Positions 28,948 to 37,361 of a DNA stretch of 60,589 bases are shown piece by piece. The notes below the pieces were generated by a model. That model was not told the DNA's origin and searched no databases. It saw only the letters and a list, made by a program, of their open reading frames with translations. A program made the position numbers and the translations under genes. The stretch lies in IMG/VR virus record IMGVR_UViG_3300014208_000008, positions 1 to 60,589 of that record; one strand, written 5' to 3'. The stretch is from a virus. Lineage: Duplodnaviria; Caudoviricetes. Each line of letters starts with the position of its first letter. The first letter of the stretch is position 1.

Positions 28948-30927
28948 TTAATTCATCGACAGAATATCTACAGTGCCATGACCACGAGAAATCATGAATG
29001 GCATTTCATAAACTATTGTAGGTGAATAGAATATTTCTAGTTCTTCCCAAAATGCAGGTTCTAAATTAGTACCTACATGAGTGATAATAGGCGCATAGAA
29101 TATATCATCGAACAATATAAAGGTAGCAGCATGACTTCTATTGCTTTCTGTTAATGTTGGTGCATAAAATAATTCTGTTTCTGTAAAAATGTTAGGTGAT
29201 AGCGTTCCTGTTTCTACTATATTCCCATAAGCTAAAGCAACAGTCATGTTCTGAACTGCGCTGGTACTTGTCGTAAATGTTGCCGCTACATTGTCAGTTG
29301 TGGCAACGGTTTTATCTTCAATCTTAGTAACATTGGAAAATCCTGCATCAAGGTCGGTAAATGCGCCTCTTAATTTAAAGCCTGTTCCTTCTGTTATTGT
29401 TGCTAAACCCTGCGCCAATGTAATACCAATAATTGTTGCAGGTGCACTGGTTGGCGTTACATTTCCAGAAGTTACGGAATCAGTAGATGTAGCAGGTGCA
29501 GATTGAAAATTTCCTGCATAATCTTCTGCCGATCCTGTTATACCCGTATAAACACCGGCACCTATTCCACGCGAAACTTTTGCAGCACCAAGCGTACAAG
29601 TAACAGTGTAAGTTCCTGGAGTTGGATTAACACACTCAAATATATTAACTCGCTGATCATAAGTGGTATCAACCAGTTCTGTGCCAACTTGTGTGTATGT
29701 ATTTGTTCCATCGCTAACCGTTGTTGTTGTTCCCGTACCTAACGCATTATAGGTAGTGAAAATAATACCAGTATCATCTGTTACATAAGTAACGCTACAC
29801 GATATAGCTGTTCCTGAATCATATATTCCATTTGAACTTTGTGATGCTAACTGTGACCCAATATAAGCCATTACAGGCGCATAGAATATTTCTGTTTCCT
29901 GAAAAAATCCTGGTGTTAATGTACCTGAAAGACCTGTAGTGAATGTTTGATCTGATGTTGTTACATTGTTTAAACTGCTATCAGTACCTAATATCCTAAA
30001 ATGATATACCGTGTCAGGCGTTAATCCACTTAATGTTTGACTATGCCAGCTTAAATAGCTTGGTTCTAACGTGCTGAGTGTTCCGTATGCAGTTGTTGTT
30101 CCGTATTCAACACGGCCAGTTGATGCAGGAAATACATCCCATGATATTTGTTCTGATGTTGCGCTGTTTGGTGACGCTGTAATTCCGCTTACGACTGGTG
30201 TGTTTGCATCGGCAGCAGTTGTGAAAGTATATTCGGCTGAAATTATTGTATTATTGAGCGCATCAGTACCAGTGATAATAAAATAATACGGTGTTCCAGG
30301 AAATAATCCGCTTATTACTTGACTATGTGAATATAGAAAGCTTGGTTCTAAAGTGCTAAGTGTTCCGTATGCGTTAGATACACCATATTCAATTTGTCCT
30401 GTAGCAGCTGGGTTAACGTCCCATGATATAGTGGCCCCGGTTTGTGTTATAGCGGATATTGTTACATTGGAAATCTCAAGCGGATTAGCATTCGGCCCTG
30501 TTGTAGTAAATGTTAAATCTGTGCTGTAAGACGTATTTCCACTGGTATCAGTTGATATTACCGTAAAATGGTAAGTTGTACCGGCTTGTAAACCCGTTAG
30601 AGTTTGATCATGATGTGAATAAGAAAAGCTTTCTTCTTTTATTGTATAAGAGCCATAACTTGACGTTACACCATAGGCTACTTGGCCTGTTGCGTTTTCA
30701 GATAAATCCCATGAAATAGTAACACTGGTATTTGAATTTGATGTTGCAACTATATTGCTGATGGTTGCCGATACATCAATATTAGCTGTTGATCCATAAG
30801 CAGTGGTTGTCCCGTACTCAATAACATTGATACCCTCAACATTAGTTGTCCAGGTAATTGTTGCAGTGGTATCAGTTATACCACTTGATGCAATGTTACT
30901 GTTTTCAGGAGAAGTATTAGCAGCCAT
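28948..30927 (-). CDS. Fibronectin type III repeat protein (putative fibre or adhesin)
   Basis: Three complete FN3 repeats ('ISW..EYG.T..YG..H...L.GL...T.Y.F'), an N-terminal half repeat and four 'FY(A/S)P' repeats. Confidence 0.8.
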   Translation of the reverse strand: MAANTSPENSNIASSGITDTTATITWTTNVEGINVIEYGTTTAYGSTANIDVSATISNIVATSNSNTSVTISWDLSENATGQVAYGVTSSYGSYTIKEESFSYSHHDQTLTGLQAGTTYHFTVISTDTSGNTSYSTDLTFTTTGPNANPLEISNVTISAITQTGATISWDVNPAATGQIEYGVSNAYGTLSTLEPSFLYSHSQVISGLFPGTPYYFIITGTDALNNTIISAEYTFTTAADANTPVVSGITASPNSATSEQISWDVFPASTGRVEYGTTTAYGTLSTLEPSYLSWHSQTLSGLTPDTVYHFRILGTDSSLNNVTTSDQTFTTGLSGTLTPGFFQETEIFYAPVMAYIGSQLASQSSNGIYDSGTAISCSVTYVTDDTGIIFTTYNALGTGTTTTVSDGTNTYTQVGTELVDTTYDQRVNIFECVNPTPGTYTVTCTLGAAKVSRGIGAGVYTGITGSAEDYAGNFQSAPATSTDSVTSGNVTPTSAPATIIGITLAQGLATITEGTGFKLRGAFTDLDAGFSNVTKIEDKTVATTDNVAATFTTSTSAVQNMTVALAYGNIVETGTLSPNIFTETELFYAPTLTESNRSHAATFILFDDIFYAPIITHVGTNLEPAFWEELEIFYSPTIVYEMPFMISRGHGTVDILSMN

Positions 30928-30929
30928 AA

Positions 30930-32024
30930 TTATTGAATAATTTGACAGCCAGCCGTACAGCTATTATTGATATACTGTGCAGGATGTATCCGAGGCCCCC
31001 ATCGTGTACCTATAATAATAAAACTTCCGTACCCGGGGTGTGCACCTTGAGCGTTGGCTACGCCAGAGATTGAGTTGTTGCGAACTATGTTAGTAGTGTA
31101 ATCCTGATCGTAGCTTGCACCACCTGTAAGCATTGCACAGGCCGCCATATCCGGCGCACCATAACCATAGATACATGATATAGTATTGTATTCTATGATA
31201 TTATTTCCTGTTAGTTGTGGAGGTGTAACAACGTCATTCTCGACACCAACAGCACAATCAATCACCGTATTATGTCCTATGTATCCATTGGTATGAGCGA
31301 TAAATACTGGCCCATAATAACCGCAGTTTTTAAATGTATTGTAGCTAATTTGATCACCATGCCCCCCATCAACTACACCGTAAGTCTCAAACATTGCTTG
31401 ACCATAGAATCTATCAAACGTGTTATTGATTATAACTACGTTATCGACACGATCTCTAGTCTGTATCGGAATATTCCAATGTTTAACAGGATTATTCCAA
31501 TCCGTTGTTGGTGGAACTGTATTAGTGCCTATGAATATGCAATTAGCGATACTAACTCCAGTTAAACGCTGACCTGAAACAGCTTCTTTTATATCAAAAA
31601 CTATCGGCCCTGTTACATTTTGTTTCAGTATCGTATTAGCGCCACATTGTATATGCCGGTTGTTTGTAGTTACGTTGATTGTTCCATTAATAACACAAGT
31701 TTTGTTAGCAGGAACTAGAACATCACTGGCATTGACGGCGGCTTGAAATGCGGCTGTATCATCAGTAGCGCCATTACATGCAGCGCCATAGCTAACAGGA
31801 CTTACAGGATTAACTAAAGTAGGCCATGTTTGACCTGTTGAGTTGGTTGTGAACTGATAATCGGCTGATGTTTTTGTGGAACCGTTAAGATTGTTTGTTT
31901 TTATCCTATAATGATAGGTTGTGTTAGGTGTTAGCCCGGTTAGAGTTTTAGTGTGCGTAAATGATTCAGCACCAAAAACCAAGCTGGTGAACAATAAAAC
32001 AAATAACCATAATGATTTTTTCAT
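30930..32024 (-). CDS. Signal-peptide protein with half an FN3 domain and a pectin-lyase-like beta-helix
   Basis: Leader 'MKKSLWLFVLLFTSLVFG', 'YGAACNGATDDTAAFQAA' and repeated I..NT beta-helix rungs. Confidence 0.75.
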   Translation of the reverse strand: MKKSLWLFVLLFTSLVFGAESFTHTKTLTGLTPNTTYHYRIKTNNLNGSTKTSADYQFTTNSTGQTWPTLVNPVSPVSYGAACNGATDDTAAFQAAVNASDVLVPANKTCVINGTINVTTNNRHIQCGANTILKQNVTGPIVFDIKEAVSGQRLTGVSIANCIFIGTNTVPPTTDWNNPVKHWNIPIQTRDRVDNVVIINNTFDRFYGQAMFETYGVVDGGHGDQISYNTFKNCGYYGPVFIAHTNGYIGHNTVIDCAVGVENDVVTPPQLTGNNIIEYNTISCIYGYGAPDMAACAMLTGGASYDQDYTTNIVRNNSISGVANAQGAHPGYGSFIIIGTRWGPRIHPAQYINNSCTAGCQIIQ

Positions 32025-32029
32025 GGCGT

Positions 32030-32443
32030 TTACTCGAATATACCGGAAGCATGCCAAGTGATGGTTTCATTACCACCATTAGGTGTGAACGGTAAACCAC
32101 CAACACCAGTATCAAGATAAACAACCAACGGCCATGTAGTGTTAGCTCCAGCATTCTTACGATACAACACAAGAGCTTCAACGGTTGCTCCAGTTACCGA
32201 AGTAAATGTTACGTCAGCACCATCAAACACGCCGCCGGTTGTTGTTTTTGATAGTATCTCTTGATCTGTACCAACAATGCCAGACAAATCAGAATAATAT
32301 TGATGAGCTGCATTGTATGTGTAAGTGCCAGTATCTACCATAGCGACAAATACACCAGTTGCGCCTTCAGCGGAATTTAAAGCAGCATTGGCAACACCAT
32401 CCATTTGCGCCTTTTTCCACAGTGGATATTTTTTGTTAGCCAT
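32030..32443 (-). CDS. Putative virion (fibre-associated) protein
   Basis: 'MANKKY..', 'GGVFDGADVTF' and 'PNGGNETITW..GIF'; likely start at 32443. Confidence 0.55.
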   Translation of the reverse strand: MANKKYPLWKKAQMDGVANAALNSAEGATGVFVAMVDTGTYTYNAAHQYYSDLSGIVGTDQEILSKTTTGGVFDGADVTFTSVTGATVEALVLYRKNAGANTTWPLVVYLDTGVGGLPFTPNGGNETITWHASGIFE

Positions 32444-32497
32444 TAGATTAATTCCAAAAATAATAAATAATAGTATTATACTAATATTATTTCTTTT

Positions 32498-32514
32498 ATT
32501 AAACAATGTTTAAT
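32498..32514. promoter_or_regulatory. 17-bp palindromic operator, copy 1
   Basis: ATTAAACA-A-TGTTTAAT. Confidence 0.6.
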
Positions 32515-32515
32515 T

Positions 32516-32680
32516 ATGATTAAATTTACCTGTGTTTTTTATGATATTCAAGGTTATGAGATAGGCGAAGTCACTGTGCTATCATGCGATACAGATTCAG
32601 CAATGGAGAAAGTAGAGGCCATGATTGACGAACGGTTGCCTTGTGTTCCTGTTGGTGTTGATAGTTTTTTACTGAAATGA
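32516..32680 (+). CDS. Small hypothetical protein (54 aa)
   Basis: Manual translation MIKFTCVFYDIQGYEIG...; coupled to the next ORF by ATGA. Confidence 0.4.
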   Translation: MIKFTCVFYDIQGYEIGEVTVLSCDTDSAMEKVEAMIDERLPCVPVGVDSFLLK

Positions 32681-32766
32681 AAACAGCTATCTACATTATG
32701 GCAGCAGCTATCCTGATACTCTATGCTGGAGTAGTGATTGTTATTTTTAATAATCTGTATGGCTAG
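32677..32766 (+). CDS. 29-aa single-TM peptide
   Basis: MKTAIYIMAAAILILYAGVVIVIFNNLYG. Confidence 0.35.
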   Translation: MKTAIYIMAAAILILYAGVVIVIFNNLYG

Positions 32767-32774
32767 CTAACAGG

Positions 32775-32803
32775 AAAAAAAAACCGGCTGTTTTAAGGCC
32801 GGT
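32775..32803 (-). terminator. Intrinsic terminator (minus strand)
   Basis: ACCGGC-loop-GCCGGT followed by a T-run on the minus strand. Confidence 0.7.
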
Positions 32804-32870
32804 CGGAGGAAGTACACACGAGAAATGAAATACTGGCAGTATTAAATCATGTATTGTGTTTTAGTGCAAA

Positions 32871-33227
32871 TTAAATTTCAACCACTTCAATAGATGAAGT
32901 ACCAACAGGCGGCAATTCAAGCTCTGCTATAGCTAGCATCATCAGCTCTTGTGCTTTCTTTATCTCAGAAATAATCTCTTGGCTAGTAATCTGGTCAACA
33001 CGATTAGGATAGCCATGAGAACTCAATTTTTGCAGTGCTTCAATCACAATAACTATCAGCCGCAATCTCTCAATCGACCATTCCATAGCTTGCAAAGCTT
33101 TATCATGTGAGGCAGTAGATAAAAGAGAAACTGGTAATGATGCTATTTGCTCGAATCCAGTTTTCCTATCTTGCTCATAAGATTGAGCCGCTTTAAGCTC
33201 TTCAAGGAATGTTGTGATAGTGTCCAT
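32871..33227 (-). CDS. Hypothetical helical protein
   Basis: ORF directly after the Ig-like gene. Confidence 0.55.
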   Translation of the reverse strand: MDTITTFLEELKAAQSYEQDRKTGFEQIASLPVSLLSTASHDKALQAMEWSIERLRLIVIVIEALQKLSSHGYPNRVDQITSQEIISEIKKAQELMMLAIAELELPPVGTSSIEVVEI

Positions 33228-33229
33228 GA

Positions 33230-33553
33230 TTAGACAGGAACAACACTAATGCTGGACATGCCGCCTACTGCGCCAAGTGGTGCTTCAAAATCCAACGTAT
33301 CTTGAACAACGATTGGAAACACGCCTGAGCCTAAATCACCATCGGCTGTGAGTTCAACAATAATACCTGCGCCTGTACCAGCCCAAGTAACTTCTGCACT
33401 CATGCCATCAGGAGCCGCTACTAAGGTAGCCACATCAGGATTCGATACGGTAATGACTGGTACACCTTCAACGGAACCAATAGAGCCGTCTGCTTTTGTA
33501 AATGAATATGTAATAACGGCCTTCTGGCCTTGTTTAACTGTTGCTTGTGACAT
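33230..33553 (-). CDS. Small Ig-like (BIG-2-like) beta protein
   Basis: 'ITVSNPDVATLV' and an all-beta pattern. Confidence 0.5.
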   Translation of the reverse strand: MSQATVKQGQKAVITYSFTKADGSIGSVEGVPVITVSNPDVATLVAAPDGMSAEVTWAGTGAGIIVELTADGDLGSGVFPIVVQDTLDFEAPLGAVGGMSSISVVPV

Positions 33554-33752
33554 TGTAATCTCATGGTTTATTTTAGGTTAAATATTGATTATAGGCTTAA
33601 GCTGTAAATTTACAAGCTTTTGTGCAACTATAGATTTGTATATTTGCAGTTTATTTGTTAAGTGAAAATAGATTTAACTATTTCAATAACAATTACAGCC
33701 AACGCAGTAGTAAGCGCGAAGAATATTAAATCTGCAAAGTGATCGTAAATGT

Positions 33753-34028
33753 TCATTTTTTCACCACAAAACAACTTTCATCTACAATACATCCTCTTTG
33801 TCGTTTTATCCACAATTTAGCAAACTCTAATACATATAAAAGATCTAGCATTTTATACTGCATATCATTCGAAGCATCGTAAAATAAATATTCGCGTAAA
33901 TCTCGGACGGAATTTTCTAATCTGTTATTATTTTTACCAAGCTCGTAGGCCAACAATATTAGTTGCTGACTTAATGCGTGTGTAGGCTCAGCATCCAATG
34001 CCATTTCAAGCAATTCTTTTAATTTCAT
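33753..34028 (-). CDS. Hypothetical protein
   Basis: Coupled ORF. Confidence 0.5.
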   Translation of the reverse strand: MKLKELLEMALDAEPTHALSQQLILLAYELGKNNNRLENSVRDLREYLFYDASNDMQYKMLDLLYVLEFAKLWIKRQRGCIVDESCFVVKK

Positions 34029-34276
34029 GGTTTTATCATCACTTTAGCAGCAGTACCAATAGCCTGCCCTAACAGTTTACCGGCAGCTTCCATGCCTTCT
34101 GATTGGTTTTTATCAAGTCCTTTAATCTGTAGCTGAGTAGTTTTAGCATCCTTTTGGTATTGCAAGCCTTCAAGTGCTCGGTTAGTGCCAAAATCAATCC
34201 CGGTTGCCTTAACATTGCCATCAGTATAAGTGGCATAACTACAGCCGGTTAGTAGTAAGCATAATAGTAGTTTCAT
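34025..34276 (-). CDS. Small lipoprotein
   Basis: Lipobox LTGC in MKLLLCLLLTGC. Confidence 0.7.
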   Translation of the reverse strand: MKLLLCLLLTGCSYATYTDGNVKATGIDFGTNRALEGLQYQKDAKTTQLQIKGLDKNQSEGMEAAGKLLGQAIGTAAKVMIKP

Positions 34277-34425
34277 ATCAACTCGCCATGCTTTGCACGT
34301 ATATATGTTTTACCATTCGTTGAGTCCCAAACCATGTGGCCTTTCAAATTCGCTTTATCGATCTTATGTGTAATATTACGACGTTTCTGATATGCAATAA
34401 ATGATTCGTTTTCTTTTCTTTTCAT
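34273..34425 (-). CDS. Small basic hypothetical protein (50 aa)
   Basis: Manual translation MKRKENESFIAYQKRRN...; RBS AGGAG. Confidence 0.45.
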   Translation of the reverse strand: MKRKENESFIAYQKRRNITHKIDKANLKGHMVWDSTNGKTYIRAKHGELI

Positions 34426-34510
34426 CTCATACTCCTAGATTAAAACTTAAGCCGTGCGGTTATGATTGCACACAGAAGCAAAGCAACAACTATCATAATG
34501 ATTATAAGCT

Positions 34511-34783
34511 TCATGACATTCTGTTTAAATCATCAATAATAGCCTGAAATAGCGCGGCACGGCTTGAATTTGATGTGGCTATTACATCGTTCAATAAACT
34601 TATTTTCTCGCCTATGCGCTCAATTTTAAGCTGTTTTTGGCTATTAACAAATTCAGCTAATATTGATAATGCGTTGTTAGCAGTTTCAACAGTGACATCG
34701 ATTAATTTATCGTTGTTCTGTTCGCTCTGGATTATTTCATCAGCTATTCTATCAAATTCATAGCGTGGAAATTGATCATGCAT
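34511..34783 (-). CDS. Hypothetical protein
   Basis: ORF with an upstream GAGGAG. Confidence 0.5.
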   Translation of the reverse strand: MHDQFPRYEFDRIADEIIQSEQNNDKLIDVTVETANNALSILAEFVNSQKQLKIERIGEKISLLNDVIATSNSSRAALFQAIIDDLNRMS

Positions 34784-34943
34784 CTTTTATTCTCCTCTCA
34801 ACAAGTTCGGCTTTTGGATGATCCAGGTAATATGATTCTTCCTGTTCGCAACATTCTTTGTATGTATTGCCTTCGTATGTTTCTTTATGTGGCTTATGAT
34901 CAACAAGCCATGTATCTATTATTTTCATTTCATTCCTCCATTT

Positions 34944-35059
34944 AACAAAGATAATGATTGATAAATAAAGATTAGAGTATATTCGCTGCTCTTTCTTTAG
35001 ACTTATCGCGTGATCTCAATCATTATCTTTGTTGCGACTACTCTTACCCGGTAATCGCA
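34944..35059 (-). ncRNA. Stem-closed ncRNA candidate, unit 2
   Basis: Perfect 18-bp inverted repeat (34944-34961 / 35016-35033) plus an abutting hairpin at 35033-35059. Confidence 0.5.
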
Positions 35060-35121
35060 TTAGGTTTGATTCTTCCGGCTTTACCTAAAATAACGGCTGG
35101 TCACCAAAACCCCCTCGCCTT

Positions 35122-35171
35122 GCAAAATCGAATTTGCCCACCGTACTCATCAAATCAGGAATCGAACCTGA
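35122..35171 (-). other. Two isolated T-arm-like hairpins
   Basis: TCAGG-TTCGATT-CCTGA and GCAAA-TTCGAT-TTTGC on the minus strand. Confidence 0.45.
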
Positions 35172-35172
35172 C

Positions 35173-35326
35173 ACAAAGATAAGTTCTTAGAATCGAACTA
35201 AGAATTTATGTCATTCCTTACTTGAGATAGTCATCGTGGCCGTCGAAGTAGTTGCTCTTTCTATACTCGGCATAGTTTTACCATTAAACTAACTTATCTT
35301 TGTTGCGCCTGGATTACGCCAAGCGC
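35173..35326 (-). ncRNA. tRNA-like ncRNA with a 60-nt insert in place of the anticodon loop, unit 1
   Basis: Acceptor GATAAGT/ACTTATC, then TA, D-arm GTTT-AATGGTA-AAAC, TATG/CATA stem and T-arm CTTAG-TTCGATT-CTAAG. No CCA is encoded. Confidence 0.6.
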
Positions 35327-35332
35327 GGCGCT

Positions 35333-35548
35333 TTACTTGCAATACTTCCTGTATTCTTTGTCCAGCCGTTTAAACTCACGCCTATCAAATTTCTTTGCAT
35401 AGGCGCGTTCAGAGTTAATCTCATTACATGAATATTGACTGCCATCATGCCTATCGTATGCAGCATATACAGTAAAAGGCATCCATAATAAAAATATAAC
35501 CATAATTGTTATAATTAGTGAAGCGAAAAACATAAACCATTTAAACAT
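35333..35548 (-). CDS. Small membrane-anchored or exported protein
   Basis: Hydrophobic N-terminus. Confidence 0.5.
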   Translation of the reverse strand: MFKWFMFFASLIITIMVIFLLWMPFTVYAAYDRHDGSQYSCNEINSERAYAKKFDRREFKRLDKEYRKYCK

Positions 35549-35918
35549 AATAACCTTCCTTACCCTCTTTCATACGTAATAAATCACAACCGGCACGATA
35601 CCAGCCGCATATAATAACAAGCCTTGCAACAGTGTTATCCAATGTTGAATAATCTCTATCAAGTGGCTCAACAATAGTTTGATACGGTTTTATACTCTTA
35701 ATATCGTGTTCTTTAAACCACTTATCAACATCTTGTTTCCTGTAGTAGCTAACCTTGTTTACTTTTTGAATAACTTTTGGAAAGCTTTTATAGCGTGAAG
35801 CAGCATAAACTCTGTCCTTGTATTTAACGCCAAACATCTCAATAATCTGAACACGGCTTATTAATGATTTACTGCTTAAATCTTCTGCTTTTTGCGCTTG
35901 GTGTTTAAATTTACTCAT
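35541..35918 (-). CDS. AlpA/excisionase-like winged HTH protein
   Basis: 'LISRVQIIEMFG..FPK..YYRKQDVDKWF'. Confidence 0.5.
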   Translation of the reverse strand: MSKFKHQAQKAEDLSSKSLISRVQIIEMFGVKYKDRVYAASRYKSFPKVIQKVNKVSYYRKQDVDKWFKEHDIKSIKPYQTIVEPLDRDYSTLDNTVARLVIICGWYRAGCDLLRMKEGKEGYYV

Positions 35919-35930
35919 TTTTGCACTCCA

Positions 35931-36197
35931 TCACAAAGCTAGATTAGTTTTTCTAAGTTGATATTTTTTAAATCCAATCGCCTCAGCGCCGGCTTTAGTT
36001 GCAAAATAAAAAACCCTATCTTCTATTCTGTTCCCTGATTTAACCAAGCCGTTCTTTTCCATTTCTGATAGTTCAATATCATCAGGTGTCCCAAATGTTG
36101 CACAATAATGGTTTCTGAATCCCCATTGGTTTTTTTTGTATCTATCATCTGCACCAAGCATGTGCTGTAGTTTTTGTTTTTGACTGTCTGTTAGCAT
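35931..36197 (-). CDS. Hypothetical phage protein
   Basis: 'HMLG..GFRNHYC..EMEKNGLV..FYFATKAG'; likely start at 36197. Confidence 0.55.
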   Translation of the reverse strand: MLTDSQKQKLQHMLGADDRYKKNQWGFRNHYCATFGTPDDIELSEMEKNGLVKSGNRIEDRVFYFATKAGAEAIGFKKYQLRKTNLAL

Positions 36198-36317
36198 TTT
36201 ACAGCACCGATAAAATAATAATAACAAAAGCACCAGCCATACATGCCGCTAATATATAACTATGCTCACCATCTCTTTCTTCATGCCAGTGGTGATCATA
36301 TTCATCTATCGGGTGCT

Positions 36318-36584
36318 TCATGATTTATGTTCCAGTGCCAATAATTCTTCTTTCCGCCGGTTAATATTGTTCAATCCTTCTGTGGCCTTGGCGCGTATCT
36401 CATCAGCCATGTTATCAAGTAGATTTACTTCTTCCTTGATACATTCAGCTTGTTCGCGATCAGGAAATTCAACTTCTATGTATTCACTGATACGCACATA
36501 GCTACTAAATCCTTCTGCCCATTCACCTAAAAATGATATTGAACCACAATCAATAGATTTAAATTTTGCTATTTTCTCTTTCAT
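36318..36584 (-). CDS. Hypothetical protein
   Basis: RBS AAGGTG before the ATG. Confidence 0.55.
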   Translation of the reverse strand: MKEKIAKFKSIDCGSISFLGEWAEGFSSYVRISEYIEVEFPDREQAECIKEEVNLLDNMADEIRAKATEGLNNINRRKEELLALEHKS

Positions 36585-36929
36585 TTCTCGCACCTTCTAG
36601 TATGGCTTTAAATAATATTTTGTATTCTTATTTTTATTACGCAGGTTTATAACTAAATTAATAGCTGTTTTTGGTGTGTATAAATAAGCAGATATAATCT
36701 TTTCATCTGATTCTATCGCAACTATTTCATAAATTGATTTACTCATTCCTCACACCTTTAGTTAAATATAGTCCAAACAAACTAGCCTGGACTATCACAT
36801 TATAATGATTTAAATACCTTGCTTTTATATCCATATCCTTAACCACACTGTGGTATTGCTTTACGCTTCATCGACCGTTCGTTGCTGCCCAATCCTATCC
36901 CCAGCTCGAACCCGGTAGCCTATCCATGT

Positions 36930-37325
36930 TTATTTATAGGTATTTCTGTAATACCGTAAAAGATCACTCAATTTTACATCATTGCCATACGGATTAGATG
37001 TACCACCAAAAACATTAAACAAATTATTATGTTTTATAAGAATTATTTTGTAGTATGGTTTATCGCTACATTGCCAATGCGGTATTGAAAATCCTGTATC
37101 TTTAGTTATTTTTAATAAGATAACTTTATCTTCTATGTTTAAGCATGAATCCCAAGTAGCACACCATTGATTAGCTCTAATTAAAGAATCAAGTAGATTA
37201 GCGCCATTTTTAAACATTTCATTTGCAGCAGCTACATTATTACAATCATCCTCGTAATCACTGCAACTCTTTTCATTAAAAAACTCAATGCCATCATTCG
37301 CTTGGTATTTAGTTATTATTTTCAT
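36930..37325 (-). CDS. Hypothetical protein
   Basis: 'YQANDG..F..EKSC..YE' is a typical phage N-terminal pattern. Confidence 0.55.
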   Translation of the reverse strand: MKIITKYQANDGIEFFNEKSCSDYEDDCNNVAAANEMFKNGANLLDSLIRANQWCATWDSCLNIEDKVILLKITKDTGFSIPHWQCSDKPYYKIILIKHNNLFNVFGGTSNPYGNDVKLSDLLRYYRNTYK

Positions 37326-37361
37326 TTCTCTCTCACTATTATTTCAGTAGATTATCTATGT

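Noticed and set aside
35173-35303. tmRNA or a functional decoding tRNA
   Set aside because: It has no G3-U70 pair, no CCA and no 7-nt anticodon loop, has a full D-stem, and is far shorter than tmRNA.
34944-35326. Mini CRISPR array or type I-F repeat mimic
   Set aside because: There are only two units, the repeats are inverted as well as direct, and the resemblance to the I-F handle (AGAAA) is too short.
36770-36930. tRNA fragment (GGGTTCGAGC) and hairpin in an intergenic gap
   Set aside because: There is no proper T-stem, D-arm or acceptor pairing; a single hairpin is not enough to call.
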